The translations under genes were made by a program, and so were the position numbers. This document shows, piece after piece, positions 26,460 through 38,250 of a stretch of DNA of 64,000 nt (position 1 is its first letter; every line of letters starts with the position of its first letter). The stretch spans positions 9,431,611 through 9,495,610 of the forward strand of contig NC_057751.1 of NCBI RefSeq assembly GCF_004010195.1. Reading direction: 5' to 3'. The DNA is from Chiloscyllium plagiosum. Lineage: Eukaryota. A model generated the notes under the pieces. The model was not told the origin of the DNA. It was given only the letters and a program-made list of their open reading frames with translations, and made no database searches.

Positions 26460-27510
26460 AAAGGTTTGCTGACCAGTACCAGTGTTAAGATTGGGGAGGA
26501 GGGTGAGCTCCGTTGACCAGTACCAGCCAGTCAGGGAAATGGTGACTGGTGCCAGCCAGTTTGGGTGGGAGGGGTTGTTTAACCAGGACCAGCTAGAAGG
26601 AGGGACCTGTTTAGTTCCAGTCAGTAGTCAAAGAAAGGGGTATGTTAACCAGTCTCAGGCAGTTTGAGGTCAAGGATGAATCCTGACCAGTTAGGAGGAA
26701 TGATGACCCAGTGCCAGCCAGTAGGGTGCAGGGCTATAAGGAGGCATTTATTGACCAGCATCAGCCGTTGAGTGGCAGTACTGACCAATGCCAGCCAACT
26801 GGGAGGGAAAGGAATGCTAATCAGTGCTAGGCAGTGGGGAAAGGGGTGACCAGTGCCAGCCAGTGAGTGATGCTGACCAATGCCAACCAGTGGAGTGGTG
26901 ACTGGTGTTAATCAATGATGAGGGGGAGTGGGGTGGGAATGATTAACAGTGCCAACCAGTGAGGGATGGATAACGATGAGCAGTGCCAGCCAGTGGGGAG
27001 GGTGGAATGATGTAAAATTGCCCGAAACGTCGATTTTGAAGCTCCTTGGATGCTGCCTGAACTGCTGTGCTCTTCCAGCACTACTAATCCAGGGTGGAAT
27101 GATGACCAGTGCCAGACTGTGTGGGGTTGGGGGGGGAAATGATGACAGTGCCAGCCAGTGAGTGAGGGGAATGGTGATCAGTGCCAGCTAGTTGAGTGTG
27201 GGTGGGAGTGGGGGAGTGATGACCATTGCCAGCCAGTGAGTGGGTGGAATCATAACCAGTGCTAGCCAGTTGGGTGGGGGGTATGATGACCATTGCCAGC
27301 CAGTGAGTGGGTGGAATGATAACCAGTGCTAGCCAGTTGGGTGGGGGGGAATGACGACCAGTGCCAGCCAGCGAGTGAGGGGAATGATGACCAGTGCCAG
27401 CTAGTTGGGTGGGGGAATCATGACCATTGCCAGCCAGTGAGTGGGTGGAATCATAACCAGTGCCAGCCAGTGAGTGGGTGGAATGATGACCAGTGCCAGC
27501 CAGTGGGGGG
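26460..27510. repeat. G-rich minisatellite in TMED4 intron 1, unit about 33 bp (GAATGATGACCAGTGCCAGCCAGTGAGTGGGTG)
   Basis: Repeated GACCAGTGCCAGCCAG cores; most homogeneous at 27090-27510 and decaying leftwards. Confidence 0.9.
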
Positions 27511-27960
27511 CGCTCCCGCCCCCAGGGGGTTGCCTTACTCTGGCGTAGAGGCTGCTTTCCAACCGACGCTGTCTCGATGCCAATGGCGCCGGCCTCAGGC
27601 CGTGCTACTCACCGATCACCATTGTCTCGTCGGGTATCTCTTCGATGAAGCATTTTTTCTCAGTCTCCCCGATGTGAAAGTAGATTCCGTGCGAGAGGCT
27701 GAGCTGAATGCTCAGCCAGACAGAGAACACAACTTGACCGCAACGCATTGCCCTCCCGCTGCCCGGATCCCCTACACTGCGCCTGCGTCCCGGAACCAGG
27801 ACACGAGCCATGCGTTTGCGTCATCCTGCCACGGGGCGGAGCACCATCCGCACGCTCCCTCAGCAGGCCCCGCTCAAGTTCTGCGCATGCTTCAAAAGGT
27901 GAACTCAGAGACAGATGCGCATGCGTTTAGGGTCTGTCTGTTTCTGACCTGAAAACTGTC
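27500..27960. promoter_or_regulatory. CpG-rich promoter/exon-1 region of TMED4
   Basis: The most CpG-dense non-repeat stretch in the window. Motifs: NRF1-like TGCGCATGC at 27882-27890 and TGCGCATGCG at 27916-27925, GC box GGGGCGGA at 27833-27840, CRE-half-like TGCGTCA at 27817-27823, ETS-like CCGGAA at 27790-27795. Confidence 0.8.
27613..27748 (-). CDS. TMED4: TMED4 exon 1 (signal peptide and GOLD start); an in-frame upstream ATG at 27811 is also possible
   Basis: [45 protein letters not shown](G)|gtgagt. The five exons sum to 660 bp (219 aa plus stop). Confidence 0.93.
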
Positions 27961-28821
27961 GGAATTGATCATTCGTCTGCATCTGGCCCAGGGTAAGAAA
28001 AGAATGAGGACAAGGAAAGCTTGATATTAACTAAACAGTCCCTTCGGACTGGAGTGCTGAAGCGTAAGCCTCAATTTCTCTGATTTCGTCTGCTGTGGCA
28101 CTGAAACTGCTCATTCCTAGGCAAGAGACGCTGTTGAGTCACAGTTTTTGAAAAATAGTTTCAGACATAGTATTGGTTGGGGGTGAAAGGAACTTCCCGA
28201 GAGTTGGTGACAGTATTTATTTCCTATTGGCATCAGAAAATTAAGAACCATGTTGCGAATGTACGGTCAGCCAGATGACAAAGGAACCGTTAAACCAGAT
28301 GACATTAAATGGTAACATTTTAGATTGAGGTTGAAAATAACTTAGTTCAGGCTGAAATATTTGTGCCTCAAGTGTGATATGCGTGATTACATATACAGTG
28401 TGGTAATAAATCTGTCAGAAGGGGCTTCAGCCTCAGATTATGAGGGGGCCCTGAACAGAATGCCTTTGTCCTTTCAAGGGCTAAACTATTCTCCATATGA
28501 CATCATTTCTTGCCCTACACACACCTTCAAATTAACTCTTTCCAGGCCCTGAGGCACTGATAGAAACATCCAGCACTTAAAGTTTTCATTTCTAATCTTC
28601 AGCACTTTTGAGTATTCAGAAGAACAGTCCAGCACTGCCCCTGAAAACAGGCTGCAAGGAGAATATATTATTTATATATTCATGCAAGAGATGCATAGCA
28701 ATCTTCTCTAACTGTAGAATATGGCAACATTGGGGCTTCATGAAAACATTTTCCTCAGTGTGCAAATCTCAAAGACAACATTTGTTTACTTGACACTGAC
28801 CTTCAACAGAAAGGTCCAAAA

Positions 28822-29515
28822 AGAGTCATAAAGATGTACAATACAGAAACAGACTCTTTGGTCCAATTGTCCATGGAAAAAGTGAGAACTGCAGATGCTG
28901 GAGATCAGAGCTGAAAAATGTGTTGCTGGAAAAGCGCAGCAGGTCAGACAGCATCCAAGGAGCAGGAGAATCGACGTTTTGAGCATAAGCCCTTCTTCAG
29001 CTATTGGGGGTGGAATGATGACCAGTGCCAGCCAGTGGGGGGGGGGGAATGATCACCAGTACCAGCCAGTGGGGGCAGAATGATGACCTGTGCGCACCTG
29101 AAGAAGGGCTTATGCCTGAAACGTTGATTCTCCTGCTCCTTGGATACTGCCTGACCTGCTGCGCTTTTCCAGCAACACATTTTTCAGCTCCAATTTGTCC
29201 ATGCTGACGAGATATCCTAACCTAACCTAGTCCCATTTGCCAGCACTTGGCCCATATCCCTGTAAACCCTTCCTATTCACATACCCATCCAGATGCCTTT
29301 TAAATGCTGCAATTGTACCAGCCTCCACCACTTCCTCTGGCAGCTCATTCCACACATGCACCACCCTCAATGTGAAAACGTTGCCTCTTAGGTCCCTTTT
29401 ATGTCTTTCCCCTCTCACCGTAAACCTATGCCCTCTAATTCTGGACTCCCTCAACCCAGGGAAAAGACCTTGTCTATTTACCCTATGCATGCCTTCATGA
29501 TTTTATAAACTTCTA
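28822..29515 (-). mobile_element. CR1 LINE 3' fragment interrupted by a family-A PLE insertion (about 28876-29189)
   Basis: CR1 ORF2 C-terminus (ORF 29227..29490). The tail is split by the PLE repeat with an imperfect duplication TCCAAT(T)TGTCCATG. Confidence 0.88.
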
Positions 29516-30611
29516 ACACAAGCTTGCTTTAAAAACTTGAACAGGTGATCAGATGTGTTAGATATTGTATTGAGTCAAGGAGGAAATATATGTGAGCCAA
29601 TGTTTTCGATTGGGTGGGGCCTTATAGTGAAATGACATCCAGAAGTTTTTTTTATTTCATTCATCAGATGTGGGCATCACTGGCTCGGCCAGCGTTTATT
29701 GCCCATCTGTTTTTACCCAGAGGGAAGTTTAGAGTAACACAAGGAAGGTGTTAAGAAACAGATCAGCTATTTTTTAATCAAAGAGGGAATGGGTTTGAAG
29801 ACCTGAATGGTCCAATTTTGTTTTGGTATTACATTGATCTCTGCCATACGATATGATGGCCATCTGTCCATTTTAGGATTCATTCATACAATATTGATTG
29901 AAGAGCAATATATCATTCAGATTTTAAAATTCCATCTGAATGGTTTCTTGAATGTTTTTAATTGTAAAGATATCCCAAAGCTCAATTTCAAACCATTTTT
30001 AAAAGCATAATGAAATGTCAGATGTTCCAGTAACAATCAGCAAAACAAAATATGATTTGAACCTGTTTCAAACTGTTGTCTTACATACTTGAAACTCCAA
30101 AATGTTGGAACCCATAACTGTAACACAAACACATTAATATCAACAGTAATAGCACTCTGATTTTTCTAGGAAACATTTCTTTGGAATTTTGTTGCCTGAA
30201 TAAATGAGAAATTTTATGCTGGGTAACATATTCAATCCTGTATATTATTTTCAAATTTTATAATGAAGGGCTGACAGTGAAATGACTTTTCAGAGGAAGC
30301 CATTTCGTTAACTTCATTGACAGAAAATGTTTACGAGAAAGTAAGTTCATGTACATCTGTCTGGCTCAACTGTGCTTCAATCTTCAGTGACAGACTGGCA
30401 GTAGAAGTTAATACCAGCAGGTCTGAGTGTTTGGTTTACATGATCTGAAATTTCATATCTGAATACCTCAGCTCAAATCTTTTGCCCAAACCCTTTCTGC
30501 TGCAAGATGTTTTCAGATGTTGCAATCTGAATATGATCTGTTTAATCACATCCACGTACATTTTTTTGAACTTTTGGAAATCAATAATTTCAGGCTTCTT
30601 GGAAGGAGAGG

Positions 30612-30730
30612 GAGGAAGGGGTCTATCCTGAAACGTCGATTCTCCTCCTCGGGTGCTGCCTGACCTGCTGTGCTTTTCCAGCACCACACTCAACTCTGAT
30701 CTCCAGCATCTGCTGTCCTCACTTCCTCCA
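30612..30730 (+). mobile_element. Single-arm family-A PLE terminal fragment
   Basis: GAAACGTCGATTCTCCT...GCTGCCTGACCTGCTGTGCTTTTCCAGCACCACACTC...TCTCCAGCATCTGC. Confidence 0.8.
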
Positions 30731-31492
30731 AGGAAAAATATACTGTCTAAATATCCAGTACAAATGAGATTTCAGAAAAGGGATAATACACTCTAAAGGA
30801 ATTTTCACACTGCATTTCCTTTCTTTTTCATCAAAATTGGCATGTCCTCCTTCATTTTCTTTTCTGCCACATCTGTGTCTTGAAGATCTTCCGTAATGTA
30901 GCAGACTTTCCAGTCATGTGTTTTGATGTCAAGGGAAGTACATGTTTTACGATCAGCTCTTCACCTGAACTGAACAGCATCATTTATTATCTCTCTGGAG
31001 AAGATTTGAAATATTTCAAAGAGAAAATATTCAGGTGCAGGAGTATGAAACAGTACAACAAGTTGTAAATGACAGACATCTCCTGAGATACTCAGTCACA
31101 ACGTTATGATGTCTATATAAACTAATGTGTGTATATCATACAGTCTGAATTGTTCTATTCTTTGAACCCTCCCTCAATTCTAATGTTTCAGTAAGTGTTT
31201 TCTTTAAATGTTTGTTGGCACCATTATTCTGGCCATTACTGGCAATGTGCAGCCTCAAGGAACAGTACTTTGGTCAGTTGATGTTTGAAAAGTGAACACA
31301 CACAGATCATGATTGATCACACAGCCACAGTGAGTTATCGCCTGTGAACAAAGTTGAAGATCAATGTTCTCATTGGGTCATAAACATTCCTGAGGGTCAC
31401 AGTGTAATTGTTGTCAGTGGATATATTGCAGGGAACGTTTCCCAAAAGCCAAAGGATTGATTCATTACCACTGTAAGGATCTTGCAATATGT

Positions 31493-31546
31493 TCATTTCT
31501 CTTCCTCCTCCATGCTTGTGTCAGTTTCATCATTTTTCCAAGAAGC
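31493..31546 (-). CDS. NT5C2: NT5C2-like, terminal exon encoding an acidic tail
   Basis: ttttattcaatctttag|GCT; ASWKNDETDTSMEEEEK*. In frame with donor CAG|gtcagt at 33120 and resembles the acidic C-terminus of cN-II. Confidence 0.75.
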   Translation of the reverse strand, partial: ASWKNDETDTSMEEEEK

Positions 31547-31869
31547 CTAAAGATTGAATAAAAGCGGAAGTTTTGACTGAAAAACTTGCAAGTTGGCATC
31601 AAGGAAGTAGTGAAAAATAAAAATGTTCCACGATTACCAGTGGTGCAGTGTAAAGCCAACATCTTTCTCAATGAAGGGTAAATATCACAATATTTTCCTT
31701 GTCAGGGAGCAGGGTGGGGAAGAAGAGGAGTGCAGTTGTCATCAAGTGTGTCCAACTTTGTAGTGCAGTGAAAGTTGTGTAGTGAAGGGTTAATGATACC
31801 TTTTTTCTAAAAATAGCGACTGAGCCTGGATTTTAATACACAGCAAAAATTTATTCCGGTCGAAAAGAA

Positions 31870-33047
31870 GGACTCTATGAAAAGGAAGAATTACCCATGG
31901 TTAGCAAAGGTGGTCAACGACAAGATCCAATCAAAACTAAGGCAGACACAGCAGTGAAAACTTGTGGTCAGCCAGAGGATTGCGATTTTTCTTTTTAGGG
32001 TCCAGCAAGAGATTCCTAAAAGGTTAATCAAGAGTGTGAAAATTGATTTTGCATGTAACTTGGCAAGAAATATAAAACAAACAACAAGAATGCTAAAGTT
32101 TATCAAAAAAGTCAAAGGATTTTGTCAAAGAGAAATCATGTTTGGTGAATTTGCTAGAGTTCTTTGAGGAAGATAGTCTCAGAGGTTTATATCTTTCAAG
32201 ATATAACAAGCAGGCTTGACAAAGGGGAACTGGTAAATATAATGTTTGGAATTCCAAAACCATTTGATCAAGCACCACATAAACTGTTATTGCACAATCT
32301 GGGAACTCCGCTCTGAGGGTAATTATTTGTATAGATTGAGGATTGGCTGACAGACAGAACACAGTCTGGATGAATGGGTCTTTTTCAGATTGCAACAAGT
32401 GGGGTACCACAAAGATCAGTCCTCAGACCTCAATTGTTTACAATCTGTGTTAATTACTTGAAGGAAGGGCAGAGTGTAATGTATCCAAATTGGCTGACCC
32501 TACATAAATAGGTAAGAAAGCATATTGTGATGTGGATTCAGGTAGTTGAAGAGGCAAAAATGCAGCAGATGAAGGTTAATGAAGAAAAATGAGAAGTTGA
32601 GAAGAATCAAAAGGCAGGCTATTACTTAAATGGAAAGAGACTCCATAAAAGTGCAACATATTGGGTGTTCCTGTGCATGAAATGCAAAAACATAATCAAT
32701 TCTGAGGGGATCGACAGGGGAGATGTTGAGAAGATGTTTCCATGTGTGGGATCATCTGAAACTCAGTGACATAGTCAGAGAATAGGCAGACACTCATTTT
32801 TGTCTGAAACAAGAAGGAATTTATTCTCTCAGAGGATAGTGAAGATCTGGAATTCTCTCCCCCAGAGAGTTGGGGAAGCTAGATCACAGAAAGTATTTAA
32901 AAAGGGGATAAATAGATTTTGGAATATCAGTGAGTTGAAGCCGATAAGAAGCTAGCATAAAAGAGGAGTTGAGGCCTCCGCAGAATGGCCAAAATCTTGT
33001 TGAATGGCAGGGCATATGGCTTATTCCTCCTCTTATTTCTTATGTTC
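31870..33047 (+). mobile_element. Decayed CR1 LINE in the last NT5C2-like intron
   Basis: RT-region remnants (GGGTACCACAAAGATCAGT, SGVPQGS-like) and a TTCTTATGTTCTTA tail. Confidence 0.75.
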
Positions 33048-33119
33048 TTAAAATGGCATAATGCTGGCTTTGGTGGGTGCGGAGATGGAAGTAGTAGGCA
33101 GGCCTGAACATTGACTGAC

Positions 33120-33227
33120 CTGGTGGTTCCCATTGGTTAGTTCAAATTTGTTCATTTGATTGTCTAGGACAGATTCCATGCAGCTCATGTCCTGTGGGGC
33201 ATGTTCAACTGTTGACTCATGAGGCAT
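33120..33227 (-). CDS. NT5C2: NT5C2-like exon (MPHESTVEH...)
   Basis: ttttctag|ATG; MPHESTVEHAPQDMSCMESVLDNQMNKFELTNGNHQ. If unspliced it reads to TAA at 33050-33048. Confidence 0.9.
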
Positions 33228-35069
33228 CTAGAAAAGGAAAAGATTCTTCATTCATCAATTAAATCATACCTTGAACCAAGTCAATTTGAGGAGCTGATAC
33301 CACTCCATAAGCACAGAAGACTAACTTAAGACAGAAGTTCTCTCACTTTGTAAAGTTAATTCTATAATCTTGAAAATCTCATGATTAATTCCAAACCACT
33401 GTTAGAGTTAGATGATTGGAAGCAGGCTAGTGGTTGAGACAGCACTTTTGGCCTCAGTGCCCTCGGGTAGGATAAGCTAACTCAGTTTTTGACTGTGTGG
33501 AAGAACAGGACTACTGCTTCAGTGTCACTCAGTGTGTAGTCTAATAAGAGATACTGCCTTCAGGAAAGTAGAAGCAAATTAGACAGACTGGCATATCATT
33601 CCTAAAATTGATACTCAAGTTAGAAATAAATTTTGCGTACAAAAAAACTCTCAGGTTCAGTATCGTACAACAATCTGCGAAGTCTGCAAGGATCGTCTGA
33701 AGAGGGAGAACATTGTGATATTTTTAAAAGTTAAGTCAAGATTTTTAATTCATTAAATAAGTAAATTCAAATCCTGAATGACACCTGACAACTGGACTAA
33801 GAAAAAGGAGCAGAAGGACAAATCGGTGGAGACTATGACAGAACAACTGATGAATGATTCTGTTGTCAAGTGAAGATCATGCACAGTAACTATTAACCAG
33901 CCCAGTAACCCAAGAACTGAAAAGCTCACAACACAACTAAAAGATGATGTACAACATTTAGAAAGATGTTGTACTTATCCGGAGTTCAGTGGTGGCAACA
34001 ATTACTGGTGGTCTTTAGCTTGCTATCAGTAAAAAGAATGAGATGAATTGGACCCAGTGAATGTAATTGTAAACCCTCAAGATTGGCGGGTTGTCGGCAG
34101 GGACGGGGATCCGATACAGATCACCACCTCCTGGATCTCCAGAGTGGCCTGCAATCTAATGTCCACACACCTGCCTCACTCCCCTCATCTAACCATGTCT
34201 CCCTCCGATACCCTAGCTGCAGCCTTCTCACCCAGGCTTTTCAAACAACAAAATGGTTGGCTGCTGACCAGAGAAAAGAAACTGAATCACTTCTACCTAA
34301 ATACACCCTTGACCAATGAGCCTGCAACCTCCCAGTGAATGTAAGCCCTTCATGTTTGCAACTCGACATTCTGGACAAACAAGCGCTCCACAGACAAAAG
34401 GTATTTTGTCCTTTTGAAAGACTACTAAGGAGTGTGTAGGATGCACAGCACAGAAAGAAGCTATTTGTCCCAACCAGTGTATGCCAGTATTTGAGCTCCA
34501 CTCGAGTGTTCGTCCATCTTTCTTACACAGACATAAAAACATAGGACATTTGGCCCTTCAAGCCTGCTCCACCAACTGATCGTCCAACTCAATAATTTAA
34601 TCCTGATTTCTCCCCGTAACCTGAGATCACATTTGCCTCAAGTTTTATATCTCGCTGCCTCTTGAATACATTCAATGTGGTGGCATCAAATACTTCTTTG
34701 GTATCATCTGCAAACTTTGAGATGTTACATTTTGTTTCCTCATCCAAATCATTAATCATAAAAATAAAATTATAACCCTTTATTTTCTTCTTCCTCTTAT
34801 ATTTGTGTCCACTCCTTGGAATGCGTCAAAACAATTTCCACTTGAATGACTCCATGTGGTAGCAAGTTCCACATTCCCATTACTTTTTGGAGAAAAAACT
34901 TCTTTCTGGATTTTCTTTCAGTTTTTAGATGATTATCTTTCAGAAGTGGAAACATTCTCTTTGTGTCAGTTACTTAATGGCCAATATCAGTCCAATAGTT
35001 GGTTCTATTCATCTCAACTCTCCAAGTATTGATTTTCTAATATATGTACTGAAATAGTCACAGACTTAC

Positions 35070-35246
35070 CAGAACAGGTGGTGCTCGGAATAGGTAGCTG
35101 AAAGGGTAATACAGAAGATTTATACACGAGGCAGCATACAGGTCAGCATAACGCATCAGCTGACTAGCAAATAGTGTTTGTCTGGAGCCACATCTTAATA
35201 AACTTCCCATCTTTCCATAGCACATATCCATCTCATGGGTAACTGC
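35070..35246 (-). CDS. NT5C2: NT5C2-like exon
   Basis: [59 protein letters not shown]; canonical AG/GT; 177 bp. Confidence 0.96.
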
Positions 35247-36246
35247 CTAGAAGCACGTGCAAAAAGTTAAGATTAAAGAAGTAAAAAAGTTGAAAAGTGT
35301 TTTTAAAAAGTGAAAGAAATACCTGAAGCTCTCACCAAATAGATTCACAACAAAAGATTTGTATATAGAAGGATGTTCAGCCCCTTGGATCTTATTCTCC
35401 AAGAATAATCAGTCTTGTCATCTTCTAATTATTACATCTCACTGGTCCTGACTGTGAATTCACAGCAAGGACTCACATTTTCCTGACAACTACCTCTCAC
35501 CATCAATGTAAAGAAACATTTCCAGGCACCTGGTCTGAGCTTGGCTTTAAAGTTCTGAGCATGCTTCTTCCTTTCTATTGTCCTGGTGTATTTGAAAATC
35601 TTCTGGGGTTTACATTCCTTATCTCATTACATGTCATACCTATCTCTGTGAGGTCTTCACTGAGATGCCTCATCTTGATTACAAAGGCTGGAGATTATCA
35701 AGTTGCTCCTGCCATCTCTTCCTTCTGTTTCATGGGATCAGCTGTGCACATCTCTCATTCTTGAAATAACATCAGTTTGACCAGAAATGTGTATGCATAG
35801 TTTCAATATGACTTTGAGAAATTTTGACACAACTTACTGTTAATGACTATCTGACATGAAGTAGCCCTGATAAGCACTCTGTTAGTTTACAATACTGGCT
35901 CTGTTGTAACTCAGAGTAGGAACTCCCAGCAATGGGTGGCTGGCAAAAATGAATCAAATCTGTATTGCAACTGCAATCCAACTCCAACACATCTGTATTT
36001 CAGGTTTAACTGAGGCATGTTTTGATATCTGCATGTCAGCTTAATTCGTCCAGGCAGATAGGTGCTTATTGCAGCATTTAATGACCTTCTGACAGATTAA
36101 TTCAGTCTTGTTCTTTGACTTTCACAAACCAAATGTGTCTAACACATATTTCTAAATGAGAATCATACATTTCACTGACTTCCTTGTTGTTGACTGAACA
36201 TGATGACCAGGTTTCGACTGTTTGATAGTGGGAATGCACTTCTTAC

Positions 36247-36307
36247 TTTTATTTGTCTCCGAATTAAGGTGATATCAGGACGTTCATTGCTGCTACTGTC
36301 CAGATTC
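36247..36307 (-). CDS. NT5C2: NT5C2-like exon
   Basis: (K)NLDSSSNERPDITLIRRQIK; canonical AG/GT; 61 bp. Confidence 0.95.
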
Positions 36308-36513
36308 CTGGCATAACAGAAACAAATATTATGTCAAGGTCATTTTAACATTGTCCTATCTTTACCCACACAACAGGCAACATTTTAGACAAGAATATGT
36401 TTACAACTTATTCAGCAAGAAGGCACTTCCAAAACATGCATCTTCATTCAAAATGACGCAGTTTCATCCTTCAGGTTTTAGTCACTTGTATTGATGACAA
36501 TCTTCACACTAAA

Positions 36514-36694
36514 AGGAGAAAGTGAGGACTGCAGATGCTGGAGAAGAGTCGAGAGTGTGGTGCTGGAAAAGCACAGCAGGTCAGGCAGCATCTGAGGAGC
36601 AGGAGAATCGATGTTTCGGGCATAAGCCATTTATCAGGAATCTTGATGAAGGGCTTATGTCTGAAATGTGCTTTTCCAGCACCACACTCTCAAC
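36514..36694. mobile_element. Family-A PLE fold-back insertion (degenerate)
   Basis: Inverted arms; flanks CTTCACACTAAAA / CTTCAAATTAAAA resemble a decayed TSD. Confidence 0.75.
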
Positions 36695-36918
36695 TTCAAA
36701 TTAAAAGGCTCAAGAGCATTTTGACACCTTTGGTCAAGGTTGCTCCAAGGCAGATCTTTCCTGGTCAGGGTTTTATAGGTTACTTTTCATCCATTAATGC
36801 AGTTTCTTTGCAAACTCCAGCTTCTCAGTCAGGATTGAGTTCACTTTCTGAAATATTTCAATCTTGTGCTCAGTGAAAAGAGTTCCTCACAAATTTAGCA
36901 CATTTTTTGCTCACTTAC

Positions 36919-36970
36919 TTGTAAATATTTGCCACAAACATATCAAGGTTCCTAAGTTCTTCGAAAAGTC
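36919..36970 (-). CDS. NT5C2: NT5C2-like exon
   Basis: (G)LFEELRNLDMFVANIY(K); canonical AG/GT; 52 bp. Confidence 0.93.
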
Positions 36971-37983
36971 CTGAGAAAAAGGACAAGAAAAGGTGACATG
37001 CTGCTTAATATCATGAACAGCTACACCAGTGAGAATCACACAAGAATAAATTACATTTCTACACTGTCCACACCATAGAAAATCATCCCAAAATGGTCAC
37101 ATAAACGAAGACAGTTAGATGACTGCCAAGTTAAAGCAATAAAGATGAGGGCTGCTGAGTAAATGCTTTGTCAAACGTGTGTTTTAAAGCCTTAAAGAGA
37201 GAGAAAATGGTGAAAATGTTGAAGGACTTAGGAATGCCATTTCAGAGTATAGGACCAAGGTGGCTGAAAGTAAAGCTGGCAATTGTCCGGAAAAGGGAAT
37301 TGGAGATGCAGAAAAGGATCAGACAGAATGGGTAGGGAAGTTGTCATCAAGATAAGCAAAGGACAAAAACGTGAAACAATCTAAAAACATGGATGGCAAC
37401 GTTAAGTTGCAGGTTTTAAGAGACTCAGATCTCAACAAAGATTACAAGGATATAAACTGTGGACAAGGAGTACTTTGGGTCAGAGATACAAAAGCATGGA
37501 CGACTACCAGCACAAGATATCAAGTTGAATGCTAATGCACATGTGGAGACCATGTGTTGCTTGGGAACAACATGTCAATGAAGAAAATGAGTCAGCCAAT
37601 GACAGATTATTGAAGGATTCCAGAACAAGCAATTCACACAAGATACTCCTGCTACAAACAGATAGGAAGAGGGAAGCAAGTATGAGCAGTCTCACCAAGC
37701 TGAAGAACAGAGGAACAGCAGCAAAGGGGTGCTTAACTGCATCAAATCAAACGTGAGTGCAGGATTGTGAATACGAATTTTGAGGAGCCGGGTCCTGTGG
37801 TGAATGGGTAAACTAATTCTGTACCTAATGCACTCAGGTTTGCCCTCTTGACTTGAGAGTGTAAAATATGGGTTCAGATTTGTACAATATCTGGACTCCA
37901 TACATTCATTTCTTATTGAATCTTGACTCATATAGACTGTCTACTCTGCACTTAAATGCAGATCTGAATGCTGTTAGCTACTA

Positions 37984-38250
<267 letters not shown>

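Noticed and set aside
26460..27510. CRISPR-like array or C/D snoRNA cluster (repeated ATGATGA)
   Set aside because: Units are contiguous with no unique spacers and no paired D boxes or terminal stems; eukaryotic context.
15918..27748. TMED9 as the gene identity
   Set aside because: Diagnostic residues (WDKQ, FLPSTP, MHVEV, GGKL, NNYPE, LLDQ, SIAQT) match TMED4.
27326..27952. 208-aa + strand ORF with repeated NDDQCQPV
   Set aside because: It is the translation of the minisatellite plus the antisense of TMED4 exon 1; no recognisable domain.
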